A program made the position numbers and the translations under genes. DNA of 64,000 nt, taken from NCBI RefSeq assembly GCF_018977255.1, contig NW_024704755.1, positions 15,190,001 to 15,254,000 of the forward strand, read 5' to 3'. Position 1 is the first letter of the stretch; every line of letters begins with the position of its first letter. Shown in pieces: positions 37,701 to 48,797 of the stretch. Under the pieces are notes generated by a model. That model was not told where the DNA came from. It did not search any database and was given only the letters and a program-made list of their open reading frames with translations. Origin of the DNA: Callorhinchus milii. Its lineage: Eukaryota.

Positions 37701-37972
37701 CACAATGGGATGGGGATTCATCCAAAGCTGTTTCAACAAGCTTTATACCATTAATTGCTGGGTACGATTTGGAGGCCAGGGCATTATAGTCCTCTTATGT
37801 TAAAATACTAAACCCTAATGAACATCAAGGCACACCGATTAATACATATTTAATGATAAACCATGGATATGGAGGAGAAAAACTCTAATACTCAGATGCC
37901 ATGGATTTGACAGCACAGCCCCGACAGTGGCAACATGATTGGGGATTTACAAAGACTTACAAAGGGGACAAA

Positions 37973-38103
37973 AACAGAAGTCACTGGGAACACTCAGCAG
38001 GTCAGGCAGCAACTAGGAAAAAGGAAAATGAGTCAACGTTTTGGATCCAATACCCTTTGTCAGATGCTGCCTGACCTGCTGAGTGTTCCCAATGACTTCT
38101 GTT
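37973..38103. mobile_element. Penelope-type short foldback element: 39-bp arms with 1 mismatch, 53-nt spacer
   Basis: cactcagcaggtcaggcagca ... tgctgcctgacctgctgagtg; related fragment at about 50715-50800. Confidence 0.6.
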
Positions 38104-38450
38104 GTAGTTTCAGATTGCCAATATCTACAGTATTTTGCGTTTTGTTTATAAAAGGGACATTGGATTGTGGAGAACATTCACCATTCGTGTCATTGAATGG
38201 GAGTCCCTTAAGATCAGCCTTGGGAAGTTGTGTGCAAGATACTCCACAAATCAATTTTGATACCATTTTATGCAACTGTCCATAATGCATGCCCCTATAA
38301 ACAATACCACAGCGATCCTGCTTAAGTCTTCAAGAAATTCAATTTAATTTAACACAGTGAATAGGTACATAAACACGTCTCTTATAATATCTGTTTTTTT
38401 AAGAAAAAAACAAGATTTGCATTGATTCTATCAAATGGAATGTTGCTTTG

Positions 38451-38759
38451 TAATAATAATAATAATAATCCTTGCATTTGATAAAGAGCTTTTCACATCT
38501 TCTCGACATCTCAAAGCACTTCACTGAAAAGTGAATTGACCATATATTTGTGGGCGAAATGCAGCAGCCAATTGCACACAGCAGTGTCCCACAAACAGTC
38601 GTGGATTGAAAATGACCAATTTATTATTGTTTTGTTTTGGAGGGATTATTATTAAGCGTGTGGAGTAAGGAAACTTGCCCAAGGTTTCGCCCTGTCTGGA
38701 ATTGAACCAGTTGTCTCGCTTGCAAAGCGAGTGCTCTAACCACTGAGCTACAGGACTCC
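38451..38759 (-). mobile_element. Young full-length tRNA/Deu SINE
   Basis: Near-identical to 24108-24426. Confidence 0.9.
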
Positions 38760-39733
38760 ACAGTGAAATATAGAAACAGATGAAAAAATTAAATGAGGCA
38801 CACAGACTTTACTGATGGCCAACAGGAAGCTTTGTGGTATGAGAGTGTTTCCGTTATATACATATGTATATTTAGATATATATGTGTGAAATTGCAACAA
38901 ATATCCACCGCTCGCACCATCAGCTGATGTATTGCATGAATTACCAGTGAAGGGAGATAATCGTGTTCTTCATTTATTGCCGGTACAGCAGAGACATGGG
39001 TAAAAAAAGATTGTTGCTTCATTTTAGCTGGAGTTTTTGCACATACTGCATAACGCCCACACAATAACCTTTTCATTGCGGCAGATCAATTGCATCCCAT
39101 TTTCTTAGAATGTTTCTAAGGTAATTTATGTCACTTTACTTCTAATTTGAGACTCTGTGCGTTACTGTCATCAGATGAGGTAACAAAATATAAATGAAAC
39201 AAAACATTACCCTCACAGCACACACTGAGCTGCTGAATATTTACTTGGCGCTGTGTGTAATGCAGAGGACCTGGTATTCAATCTATCAGATTCAGCCATG
39301 AAGGAGCCACCCTGAGCAGAGGCTTGCTAACTTTTAAATGTGACCGACTGAGAAATGGTTTTAGAATTGATCATGAAATCTACATACAAATGTTGTGGGT
39401 ATTCAACCGGATATTTGTTGTTGAAATTGGCTCCACGGTCAATGGAATGATGATAGCAGGGATCAACTAAAGGGGCAGCTCTTCGGGCAATCATTCAATT
39501 AGTGACTAATACATAAAATGTTTGGATTTCCCAGAGAGAGAGAGAAACATTACTGAACGTTAAAGAATCATCATAATCTATGTCTGAAGCCCAGCAGTAA
39601 GTACTTGGCTAAGCTCCATCTGAAACAACGCTTAAGAATTCCATTTTATAGTTTTTGATTTAATTTTATCGGATTCTATCGAAGATATAGATTGAACAAA
39701 TCAAACCCAACACATTACGTTTCATAACTTTTG

Positions 39734-39739
39734 TTTATT
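39734..39739 (-). terminator. Probable polyadenylation signal (AATAAA) of gene C
   Basis: About 345 nt downstream of the gene C stop, in AT-rich sequence. Confidence 0.5.
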
Positions 39740-40082
39740 GAAAGTCGACAAAAACGTTTCACAGTCTTACAAACTATTAGAAACTGGTTCTAGATTTGTA
39801 TTGGTATATTTTGTTCCAGTGATATAATAGCTTCTTAGATTTTATAAATTATTATAGTTTATAGCGCAGAGACATTATCAGATTAGTATTAAAAAAATTT
39901 GAAGTTGAAATTGCATTGACTTGATAAATGATAGGTAATACAAACTAATCAAACATTATGTCTTCCTGCAGTGTCAGAGCAGTGACACAATAACACACCA
40001 CATTGATGTACACACTGTAACTAGTCTACATTAGAAGGGAACTGTGAGGAATCTGCATCAATAATTGTCTATTATTGTGACA

Positions 40083-40247
40083 TTATGCGGTTCCTGACTC
40101 CATGAAAGTGCCATCTTCGTAGTTTCTGATCTTTACCTCGGAATACTCTGAATTCTTGTCGCTGTGTTTAGCTTTTCCTGTATTTTTGGAGCGAGGCAAA
40201 TCCAGAGCAGCGTATGTCAGCTTGTTAGCGGCTGCTCCTCGCTTGGT
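40083..40247 (-). CDS. Gene C last exon (TKRGAAANKLTYAALDL..NSEYSEVKI..*) with ITIM LTYAAL and SEYSEV
   Basis: ttttcag acceptor, phase 0, TAA at 40083-40085. Confidence 0.9.
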   Translation of the reverse strand, partial: TKRGAAANKLTYAALDLPRSKNTGKAKHSDKNSEYSEVKIRNYEDGTFMESGTA

Positions 40248-40949
40248 CTGAAAAAACAACGTTTGGTTTGTCTTTGTGCTCGTTCCACAGAGAGATGTAC
40301 ATAGAATGGTACAGGAACTGACCATCCGGTGTTTATACTTCACACGAGCTCCATCCCTTCCTATTTTCTCTATAACTCTCTTATCTCTTCCCCTCATGTA
40401 TGCAACACATTTTACATTACATTATTCCAAACCCTTCACCCCAAGGACGATTGATATTGCAAACTGCGATATGTAGCTGCAGATTTAAGGGCTGTAGATC
40501 TCAACGATGAGCTGACAACTGCTTTCATGGGTTGGCGAAGATCAGTTAATGATGCAATTCCTGATTGCTCTGTGGGACATTGACATCTCAGGATGTCTGG
40601 ATCGGAATATATCTGATCCTTGTTAATTTATTTGCTGAATTGTTGATTCGATTATAAAGATAAAGTACTAGAACTATATTGCCCAGAAGACCAGACGGCC
40701 CATCGTACACGTGCTGTCTGTTTGAAAGAATAATCTATTGAGTCCCATTTACCCGCCTTTTCCCCAATACTCTTTAAAATTGATCCGTTTTACATATCTT
40801 CATTATCTTTAGAAAAAGAAATGATATTGGTTGAATCTTGGAAAGCTGAAAATGTTCCACAACCAAATGCAGCATCGAAAACGAGGTAGAAGATTGGAGG
40901 AGGGGACAAAATAATAACGATGAAAATCAATGAACCCAATTTACCAAAC

Positions 40950-41093
40950 CTGTTCAATACAAGATTTCTCTATGCTGTGTACCTGGGCGTATACTGTCCT
41001 GTCTTCCTGATGTTTATTTCTTGGAGTTTTATTGGAACTTCTCAAATCCAATGTTACATAAGCCACGTTGTCACCCGCTGCTGCCTCCCCCGC
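40950..41093 (-). CDS. Gene C cytoplasmic exon (AGEAAAGDNVAYVTLDL..DRTVYAQ[VHSIEKSCIEQ]) with ITIM VAYVTL and ITSM TVYAQV; alternative donor at 40983
   Basis: ttttacag acceptor, phase 0; two in-phase donors. Confidence 0.85.
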
Positions 41094-41249
41094 CTGTAAA
41101 ACAAAGGTACGTGGTTGTTCCGTTGCCTTTCTTGGTCTGTCATCTTTGACCATGGTATTGAATAAGTAGTGGGTTTAAGGAAAAAAAAGTGTCTGCTATG
41201 AAGTTCAAATAGCTAAAGAAATATAACATTCAGTATGTAGATCGAGTTA

Positions 41250-41494
41250 ATAATAATAATAATAATAATCCTTGCATTTGATATAGCGCTTTTCATGTCG
41301 GGAGGACGTCCCAAAGTGCTTCACAGAAAACACTGTAAAGTGAATTGACTGTATATTTTTGTGGGCGAACGTGGCAGCCAATTGCGCACAGCAATGTCCC
41401 ACAAACAGTCGTGGATTGAAAATGACCAATTTATTATTGTTTTGTTTTTTGGAGGGATTATTATTAGGCGTGTGGAGTAAGGAAACTTGCCCAA
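41250..41494 (-). mobile_element. Young tRNA/Deu SINE, head truncated, in a gene C intron
   Basis: Near-identical core and tail. Confidence 0.88.
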
Positions 41495-42137
41495 GAGTTC
41501 TGTCAAGAGGCAGTGAAATTCATTTTTCCAATTGATGTTTTTAAATCCACCCCGTGAAAAAATGTTGCATATCTGATTAGATGGATCAAACAACAATTAT
41601 CACTTAAAATATTATCATTTAAAATATGCTGGGACTCCTCGTGTTCCTTGACATATGCCAGACTCGGAAGGATTACCAGAAAGTTAAATTATTGCCAGCA
41701 AACCGTGTTTATTTACGTAACAACTTAATCCTGAAACGGGAAATAAATAGGTCTGTAATTCTGGAGGAATGATGTTAAGGTTGGAAACTTTCAGCTCATA
41801 GTCCGAGTCAACATGAGCTCTATCTTGTTGGAGGTGGGTTGGTAAACCAAGTTCCTGTACTCTTATTTCGGTTTACGTTTAAGATTATTGGAGAATACTC
41901 TAACACAGAATAAGGCTTGTCCGGTGTCCTCGCGAATGGTAATCATGATAAATTGGCAGAACACTTCATGAAGGTTTATCGGACTATATTGTGTGTAAGT
42001 TGGTTCGACCAAATAGAGTCGCTACAAAGACAACGATTGTTCATGAAGCATTTTAAGATGTTTGGAATGATACCGGCCACAATGATAATCACTGAGTTGG
42101 TCCATTGGTCACCCAAATAATTTGGTGACAAACTTAC

Positions 42138-42181
42138 CTGATCTTCAAGTTTGCCCAATTGAGTCAGGTTTCCCTTTGATC
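42138..42181 (-). CDS. Gene C cytoplasmic linker exon (GSKGNLTQLGKLEDQ)
   Basis: ttttag/gtaagt, phase 1-0. Confidence 0.85.
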
Positions 42182-42901
42182 CTAAAATGAATTAAATTTA
42201 CTGAATTAAATATTTACTCAATTTCAGTATTAACACTAGAATAATATTATTGTTCTACATTTCAGGATGAGTGAAATAGAAATATTCGCCTGCACCCTTT
42301 TCCTTCTCTCTGAATCTCCCCTTCACTCATACTTTCTGAAATCCTCAAAACGGAGGAACTGTTTCCCTTGAACATTTTCAATTTCAAACTTGGCGACGCC
42401 TATCCACTATTCCTCAATCCTTTTTGTTTTTTCTCTTGGCCGAGGCCACTCACCTGGGACTCTCCATAATAAAAACATATTGTTGATGACACCATTTGAA
42501 TATAATGTTTAAGTGAATTCTATTGCTAGTAAACATACATCTACTGTGAATTCTTGCATTTATTTGACGCCATTCATCACGATGACTTGCAAATAAATGC
42601 ACGTAATTCGTCATATTTAAAGCGGATTGCAATATGTTAGACCAGACATTGGATGTTGTAAAAAGTCAAATTCTGCAATACTAAAGTTCACCATGTGAAA
42701 TGATTACAGTGCTGAATCTGTTGCAATAACTACTAGCATTTGGTATTGTATAACCGTGGCATTACAGAACTCAACCTTCAAATTTGAAGTAACAATCAAG
42801 ATGCTTTTATCCCCATTTTTCTAACCCAGTGGTGCTTTCTGTAGTTTTGTATCAATGTGTAATATTTACAATTAATTGCAATGAAATCAGAATTTTCTTA
42901 C

Positions 42902-43015
42902 CGTTTTTCTTTTTTAATTGGCATCGCTTCCCAATAATGATCACAAGCGCCAGAAATGCGAAACCACCCGCTGCACATCCAGCCCACAATAAATATCGGA
43001 TTACATTTTTACTGT
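42902..43015 (-). CDS. Gene C transmembrane exon (DSKNVIRYLLWAGCAAGGFAFLALVIIIGKRCQLKKKN)
   Basis: ctccag/gtaaga, phase 1-1, 114 nt. Confidence 0.92.
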
Positions 43016-44167
43016 CTGGAGAAACAGTGTAAACTGAGGTGAAACATTGTGCAGCGCAACGATTTATAGTTCCAGTCATTGAAGTGGAATATAAATTTTA
43101 TGCATATCAGTTATGAATTATATTGGTAGTGATTTAGACAAATATTAAGCAAAATGAGCGGTTTAAATATTACAAATCTAATCTTAATCTTTGTATTTAT
43201 TGAAATAAGAATAAAAATGATAAGAGCATCATTGAAAACAGTTTGTTATTTTGTAGTGTAACTAATGACATCTGATCGCGTGTATTTTTATTAATGCTCT
43301 TGATTTTATTACACAGGCGAGGTGACGCGCAGAACACACAGACACCAAAACGTACCATTGATTTTCACAAAATACAAACCATAAATTGTAGAGTAAGACG
43401 GCTGTACCCAGTGACATCTCATCACAAGCAATGAAACGTGCTCACTTGTTATTAATAAAATGAGGGAACATTATGGAATAAAATTACATTTTGTGATCAA
43501 ACGCCTTGTGTTAAAAAGAGTTTGAAAATTAGACCGCTTTATGATGCTATATTATGTTAAGTTATTATACGTATATAATATGCGTTAGGTTTAGCAAAAC
43601 CTTCACACCAAAAGATACAATGTATTATATGACCATCATCCACAACTCCCTCACCACCATTCTCAACACTTTGGTCTCCCATCATATCAGCCATCGCTTC
43701 CTATCCCCTCAGGTTCCCCAGGACAACAGTCACACTCCATCCCTCAAGACACAGGTAGGTGCTGCTGAACATTGGATGTTCCTCCTGGCTCTATCCTCGG
43801 TCCTCTGCTCTTCACTATCTATCCCACTTGGCGACATCACTGTAGACATGTATTGCATGTTCACATGTACAGTGATGAAACCCAACTCTCCCATCTTCCT
43901 CCACACTCGACCTCCAACTTCGACCCGATTGCTGTCAGACATCAAGTGATGAGATCCGACGTTCTTCCGCTGAACATTAATAATAATCCATGCATTTTAT
44001 ACTGCGACTGATATATCGAATGCAAGGATTAATATTATTATTATTATCACATAATTGTTGTCTCAAATTGCTTCAGACAATTTACTTAATGAATCAATGC
44101 AACTGAACATCCCTATGAAAATTCAATTAACAACAGTTGACTTTTTAATAATCTTTTAGCATCTTAC

Positions 44168-44488
44168 CTGCTTTAGATTTTGGGAAAGCGAAGGTGGCAA
44201 TAGCTGAAGTCTTGAGGCTGATGTGAGACACCAGACAGTTATAAACAGATCCATTCTGGCCAGACTGTGTGACTTCGATAGAGCTCGAGGCCTTATAGAG
44301 ATCCTCTGAGTTCTGCTTCTCAGTGGAACCTGACTCTTCCAGCTTTATTTCTGGTGTTGGCACAATTTCGGTGCCATCTTTATACCAAGTGAAGGTGATT
44401 TCCTTTGGGTGAAACAAAGCAGTTTCACACACAAGAGTCTGAGGCTTAGGTGAATTCCTAGAGAAAATCTTCAGTGGAGTTGGGGGAA
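44168..44488 (-). CDS. Gene C C1-set exon (VPPTPLKIF..TLVCETALFHPKEITFTWYKDG..YNCLVSHISLKT..)
   Basis: ctgcag/gtaaga, phase 1-1, open frame; C1 motifs. Confidence 0.94.
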
Positions 44489-45092
44489 CTGCAGAAAAGA
44501 TAATGGAGGAGAATTGTATTCATTTTGATCAATCAGCAGGAGAAACTTTATTTTAATTTGTATCCAATACATTTCTTTGCAAACTCCTGATTCCTGAGTA
44601 CAATTGGAGGTTTGTTTAGATACACAAATATCCCTCTCACAGCAGCATCGCCTTCCTCCTGCTTTAACTACATTGTGGCTTTGTCAAGTAATATTTATTC
44701 ATAATCTTTATCTTGCATATTATTACTAACTTTGATGATTGGCAGGTGCAAATGATCACTTAAAAATGTCTGTTCAATAGGTTGAACCCGCGAACAATAG
44801 AGGATTCCTGGCAGAGGTGTGCACACTGTGTTAGTGTGGCTCAGTTGGTTGTACTTTCGGCTCTGAGATAGAATTTCGCTTCTGCTGACCGCTGCCGAAC
44901 GGTGGTGATAAAATAATCATTGCATTTGAAAATAGCACCTTATCACATCTTCGAGATGTCTCAAAGCACTTTAAAAACTAGATTGTGAAAGTTATAATGT
45001 ACAAACAATATAAATAACGATATAGCATTCACCGCATTTATTACTTTTCATGTAATTTCTAAATGCCAATTTCGCTCTTCATTCACACTCAC

Positions 45093-45413
45093 CGCACACA
45101 GTTAATCGCGATCCAGATCCTGTTCCGATTATTGATCCCTGACGGACCACTACACAGCGATAGACTCCAGAGTCCTGTGAAATCACATTCAAGAACTGGA
45201 AGAAGCTGCTTCCTTTAGTTTTTACACCAAATAGTTTCCTGTTATCCTCCTTTGTATCCAAATAGCCACTCTCACCCTTCTTATTCCACTGCACCTCCAC
45301 TTCTGAACCGTCTTGAGAGAAGGGGAAGATACAGCGGAAGGTAACATTTGTTCCTCTGATGGCAGCCACATGGTCGGGGATTTGAGTCACTTTCACGGAA
45401 GAATCGCCATCAA
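45093..45413 (-). CDS. Gene C germline-joined VJ-type V exon (..NVTFRC..VQWNK..DSGVYRCVVVRQGSIIGTGSGSRLTVC)
   Basis: tgacag/gtgagt, phase 1-1, open frame. Confidence 0.94.
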
Positions 45414-45576
45414 CTGTCAGAAAATAAAGTCAAACACTGACTTCTCAGGTGGTGAGCCATTGAGAAAACAAATGAGTAAAAGAGGAATAAACGTAAGTAT
45501 GTAAGATAAATGTCACATGGAAACAAGTTTGCAAGTATTTCATAGAATAACCGAACTATAGAATGAACATATATAC

Positions 45577-45628
45577 CTGTTGAAATAATGTGTAAGGCAG
45601 ACAGGTACAGGAAGACAACACTCCCCAT
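45577..45628 (-). CDS. Gene C leader exon (MGSVVFLYLSALHIIST)
   Basis: ATG, phase-1 donor gtatat; encodes the same peptide as the D leader. Confidence 0.88.
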
Positions 45629-45703
45629 GTCTGACTCTGGCTCTGATGGTCTGTCACAAGTGAACGTGGATTATTTGATGCAGAGTAGGTCGCTGTGACA
45701 CTG

Positions 45704-45715
45704 ACTTCCTGTTTC
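45704..45715 (-). promoter_or_regulatory. IRF-Ets composite-like element GAAACAGGAAGT upstream of gene C
   Basis: GAAA-NN-GGAA 76 nt upstream of the ATG, with a CAGGTG E-box nearby. Confidence 0.45.
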
Positions 45716-47689
45716 TTTGGGTTCGCGAAATGTAACAGGTGTGGAGAACGCAATTTGAAATCAGTTTGGCATTAAAATTATGAAAATACTAACCCACCCT
45801 GTTAAGAGCAGAAAAAAGCTTAGTGTATCAAAACTTTAAAAAAATGCTCTGTTTAGCATCATAAATAGATTGTGGTGCTTTGTCCAATCGTAAATGTTGG
45901 TTTGGGCATCAACTCGTGGAACCAGTTGTGTCAGAAACATTCAAATCTGACGAAAAATGTCTTCTACTTTTATCCAGCTGTCCCCTTTTATAGAAATTAA
46001 CCTTTCCTTCTCTTCTGGCATAGTGCTCTGCTTCAAAATCACTCCATCAAAAGGTGTACCCCAGTCCCTCTAAACTCTCCAATTATTGGCCCATCTCCAA
46101 CTTGCCCTTGGTAGCCAAAGTTCTGGCCACTCAACTTTGCTTCCACCATTTTCTACACGCGGTCTGGAAACCATCCTCCTTGTCTTCTGCCAACATCTTC
46201 TGTCTCCAATGGCTTGCTGCACCCTCTCTGCATCACCATCAGTGGCTAAACCTTCAGTTCTTTGTCCACAAAATAAACACAATCATACGAGTTCACAATA
46301 TATCCTGCAAAACTCTTTTGAAACATCTCAACAACATAATAAGGTGATATATCAATCAAGGATTGTACTGTAATTATTATTAGATTCCTATACCCTATCT
46401 TTTGCAAATCCCTCCACCTCGCAATTTGTCTCACTCTTTCCCAATCCGTCTTTGTCCTGACTCAATTCCTACCTCTTGAAACATATCTATCTCCAGCTCT
46501 CTCCCCGCTGCCTTTCCCTTACTTAGTGTCCCACCGAAATGCTTTGAAGCCCACCAAGATTATAGGCTATGCGAAGGATGCCATGATGTAATATTAATCC
46601 TTGTGCCTTATTACGTCTTCAAAACGTCTCAAAACGCTTCACAGAATATACTGTTAAGTGAATTGAATTGATGCTGCATAAATGTGAATTGTTGTTGTTC
46701 ATAGGTAACAAGTAATCTGATAAATGCAGGACATTTTCTTACACAAATCTATGCAAATTATATATTGTAGGGACATAATGGTGATTTGCCAGGTGGCGAT
46801 GCAGACTACATCATATTTATAATATGAAAAGCTATAATCTATCCTTTTGTTTCCCTCGTTCACTGTTGTACCTTTGTTTGACTCGCTCAGGATTTCTGTG
46901 GATTCCTGATACCTCTACTGCCCCTTCAAGCTATTTCTGCCTCAATCCCTGTACCACACTTTCTTTTTAAGTGTCTTCAAATCACATTTGAAGATTTTCC
47001 TCTTCGCCTGTGCCTATGGTCAATTTGCCAGACAGACACATTCACCCACAAAACACACACCACTTCATGTAGTAAGAATGCATATCTGTTTTACATAAAT
47101 AATGATATATTGTGTAGGTACAACCACTTTACTGCAAGATGCACAGCCTAATTGATGGCAAATGTTAATAAGCCATGCACTATATATAATGTGAGTGAGC
47201 GAGACTCTTGTAATGGAATTATCCTTTGACATTTACAAATACAGCAGAACGATTGGTGTTTTTATACTGAGTTGTTTCATGTTAGGTGTATTTTTAGCCA
47301 TTACGTGAAAAGTTCGACGCCCACGCTTCAACTTTTGCACTGTGTTGGACGAATTGCGCCACACTTTGTTGGCCTGCTTTTAAGTTAGCCTGTACCAAGT
47401 GTTGTTTCATTAGTACTGAAGAAACAATGCGTCAAACTGGTCGATATGAGCTAGTTGCTAGTTTGATTCACTGTACATGTCACCAGACATCACCTGATGG
47501 GAATTTTGATTGCACAGCATCCTCAGTCTATCTGTGGATAATGCTCATGGATAGTGTTCGGTGGTGGTCAGCAAAGCAAAATATATGTATGTTTTGGAGG
47601 ATTAGACTTTAAATCCTAGAAGTTCCACACAAAATATTCAACAGGCTATGTTTCATGAATTGTGCACAACCTTGATGTTGCTATTAGTA

Positions 47690-48030
47690 GCGGAAATGGT
47701 CATAGTCATGGAGCCCTGGGTTGAGCAACAGGTCACTTACTTGGCATTTAAGGCTGATCAAACTTGAGCGCGTGAGAAACTGGGATTGTTCAATTGGAGA
47801 AAAGAAGAAGGGGTTATCTTCTTGGTGTTTTCCGAATACAAAGAGTATAAATAAACTGTCCTCAAATAATATGTTTGATGAAGAAAAAGAATGATGCAGA
47901 GGAAGGTGATATTTGTCTCTCTGATGGCAATCACACATTCTGGGATTAATGTTACTTTGACCGAAAAATTACTAATAAGTATTAGAAAAACAAAGACAGA
48001 TTGGTACAGTAACATAACATCCCCTCTCAT
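47690..48030 (-). pseudogene. Locus F: degenerate leader+V of the gene C type (MRGDVMLLYQSVFVFLILISNFSVKVTLIPECVIAIRETNITFLC..)
   Basis: Aligns to the C 5'UTR, leader and V start; C-strand Trp and second Cys lost; stop at 47758. Confidence 0.75.
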
Positions 48031-48464
48031 GATTCTGAGCAGTTTTGACCGTGATGGTCTGTAACAAGCTGATCTGCAACAAGGCTGCACAAATGTTTTG
48101 CCGCAAAAAACGTTTCTGTGTCATTTGACTTCCTGTCTTTGAGGGTTCAGGAAGTTGTGTTTGTGTCTGAGGGCAGTTTGTAAGCACATGTGATCCTTGA
48201 AGTTATGACGAGTTTAACCCAATACAAGTTGACAGACAAATGCAGCAAAACATCGGGGGGAGTGCGGGAGAGAAATAAACATGCATTGTCCAGGATACTG
48301 TACTGACCAAGACCTAAAATCCCACCTATTATTAGAGTGAAAACACATTTTTAATGTACATCAAGCAAAATTGTGAAAAGTTCTTAAAATTAGCCGTCAT
48401 TTGTAAGTCAGTTTTACGCAGTAAACCAACAGAATAATAATAATAAATAAGCTGCCTACTAATA

Positions 48465-48797
48465 ATAATATTAATAATCCTTGCATTTGTTATAGCGCTT
48501 TTCACATCGGGAAGACGTCCCAAAGCGCTTCACAGAATATACTGTAAAGTGAATTGACTGTATATTTGTGGGCGAACGCGCAGCCAATTGCGCACAGCAA
48601 TGTCCCACAAACAGTCGTAGATTGAAAATGACCAATTTATTATTGTTTTTGGTTTTGGAGAGATTATTATTAGGCTCTGTGTGGAGTAAGGAAACTTGCC
48701 CAAGGTCTCACCCTCTGCCTGGAACTGAACTCAGGTCTCTCGCTTGCAAAGCGAGTGCTTAACCACTGAGCTACAGGACTCCACTGAGCTACAGGAC
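48465..48797 (-). mobile_element. Young full-length tRNA/Deu SINE with an 18-nt tandem duplication at its 5' end
   Basis: ccactgagctacaggact occurs twice. Confidence 0.9.

Larger units (their letters stand above)
43143..46055. repeat. Segmental duplication C block (promoter to C1-TM intron), paralogous to 56795-59445
   Basis: Colinear similarity ending about 130 nt short of the C TM exon; includes shared L2 fragments at 43640-43985 and 57320-57655. Confidence 0.9.

Noticed and set aside
47330-47560. Faint C1-like wording on the minus strand (LRMLC..FPSGDV..) downstream of locus F
   Set aside because: Needs several frameshifts and has no F-strand motif; cannot be supported by eye
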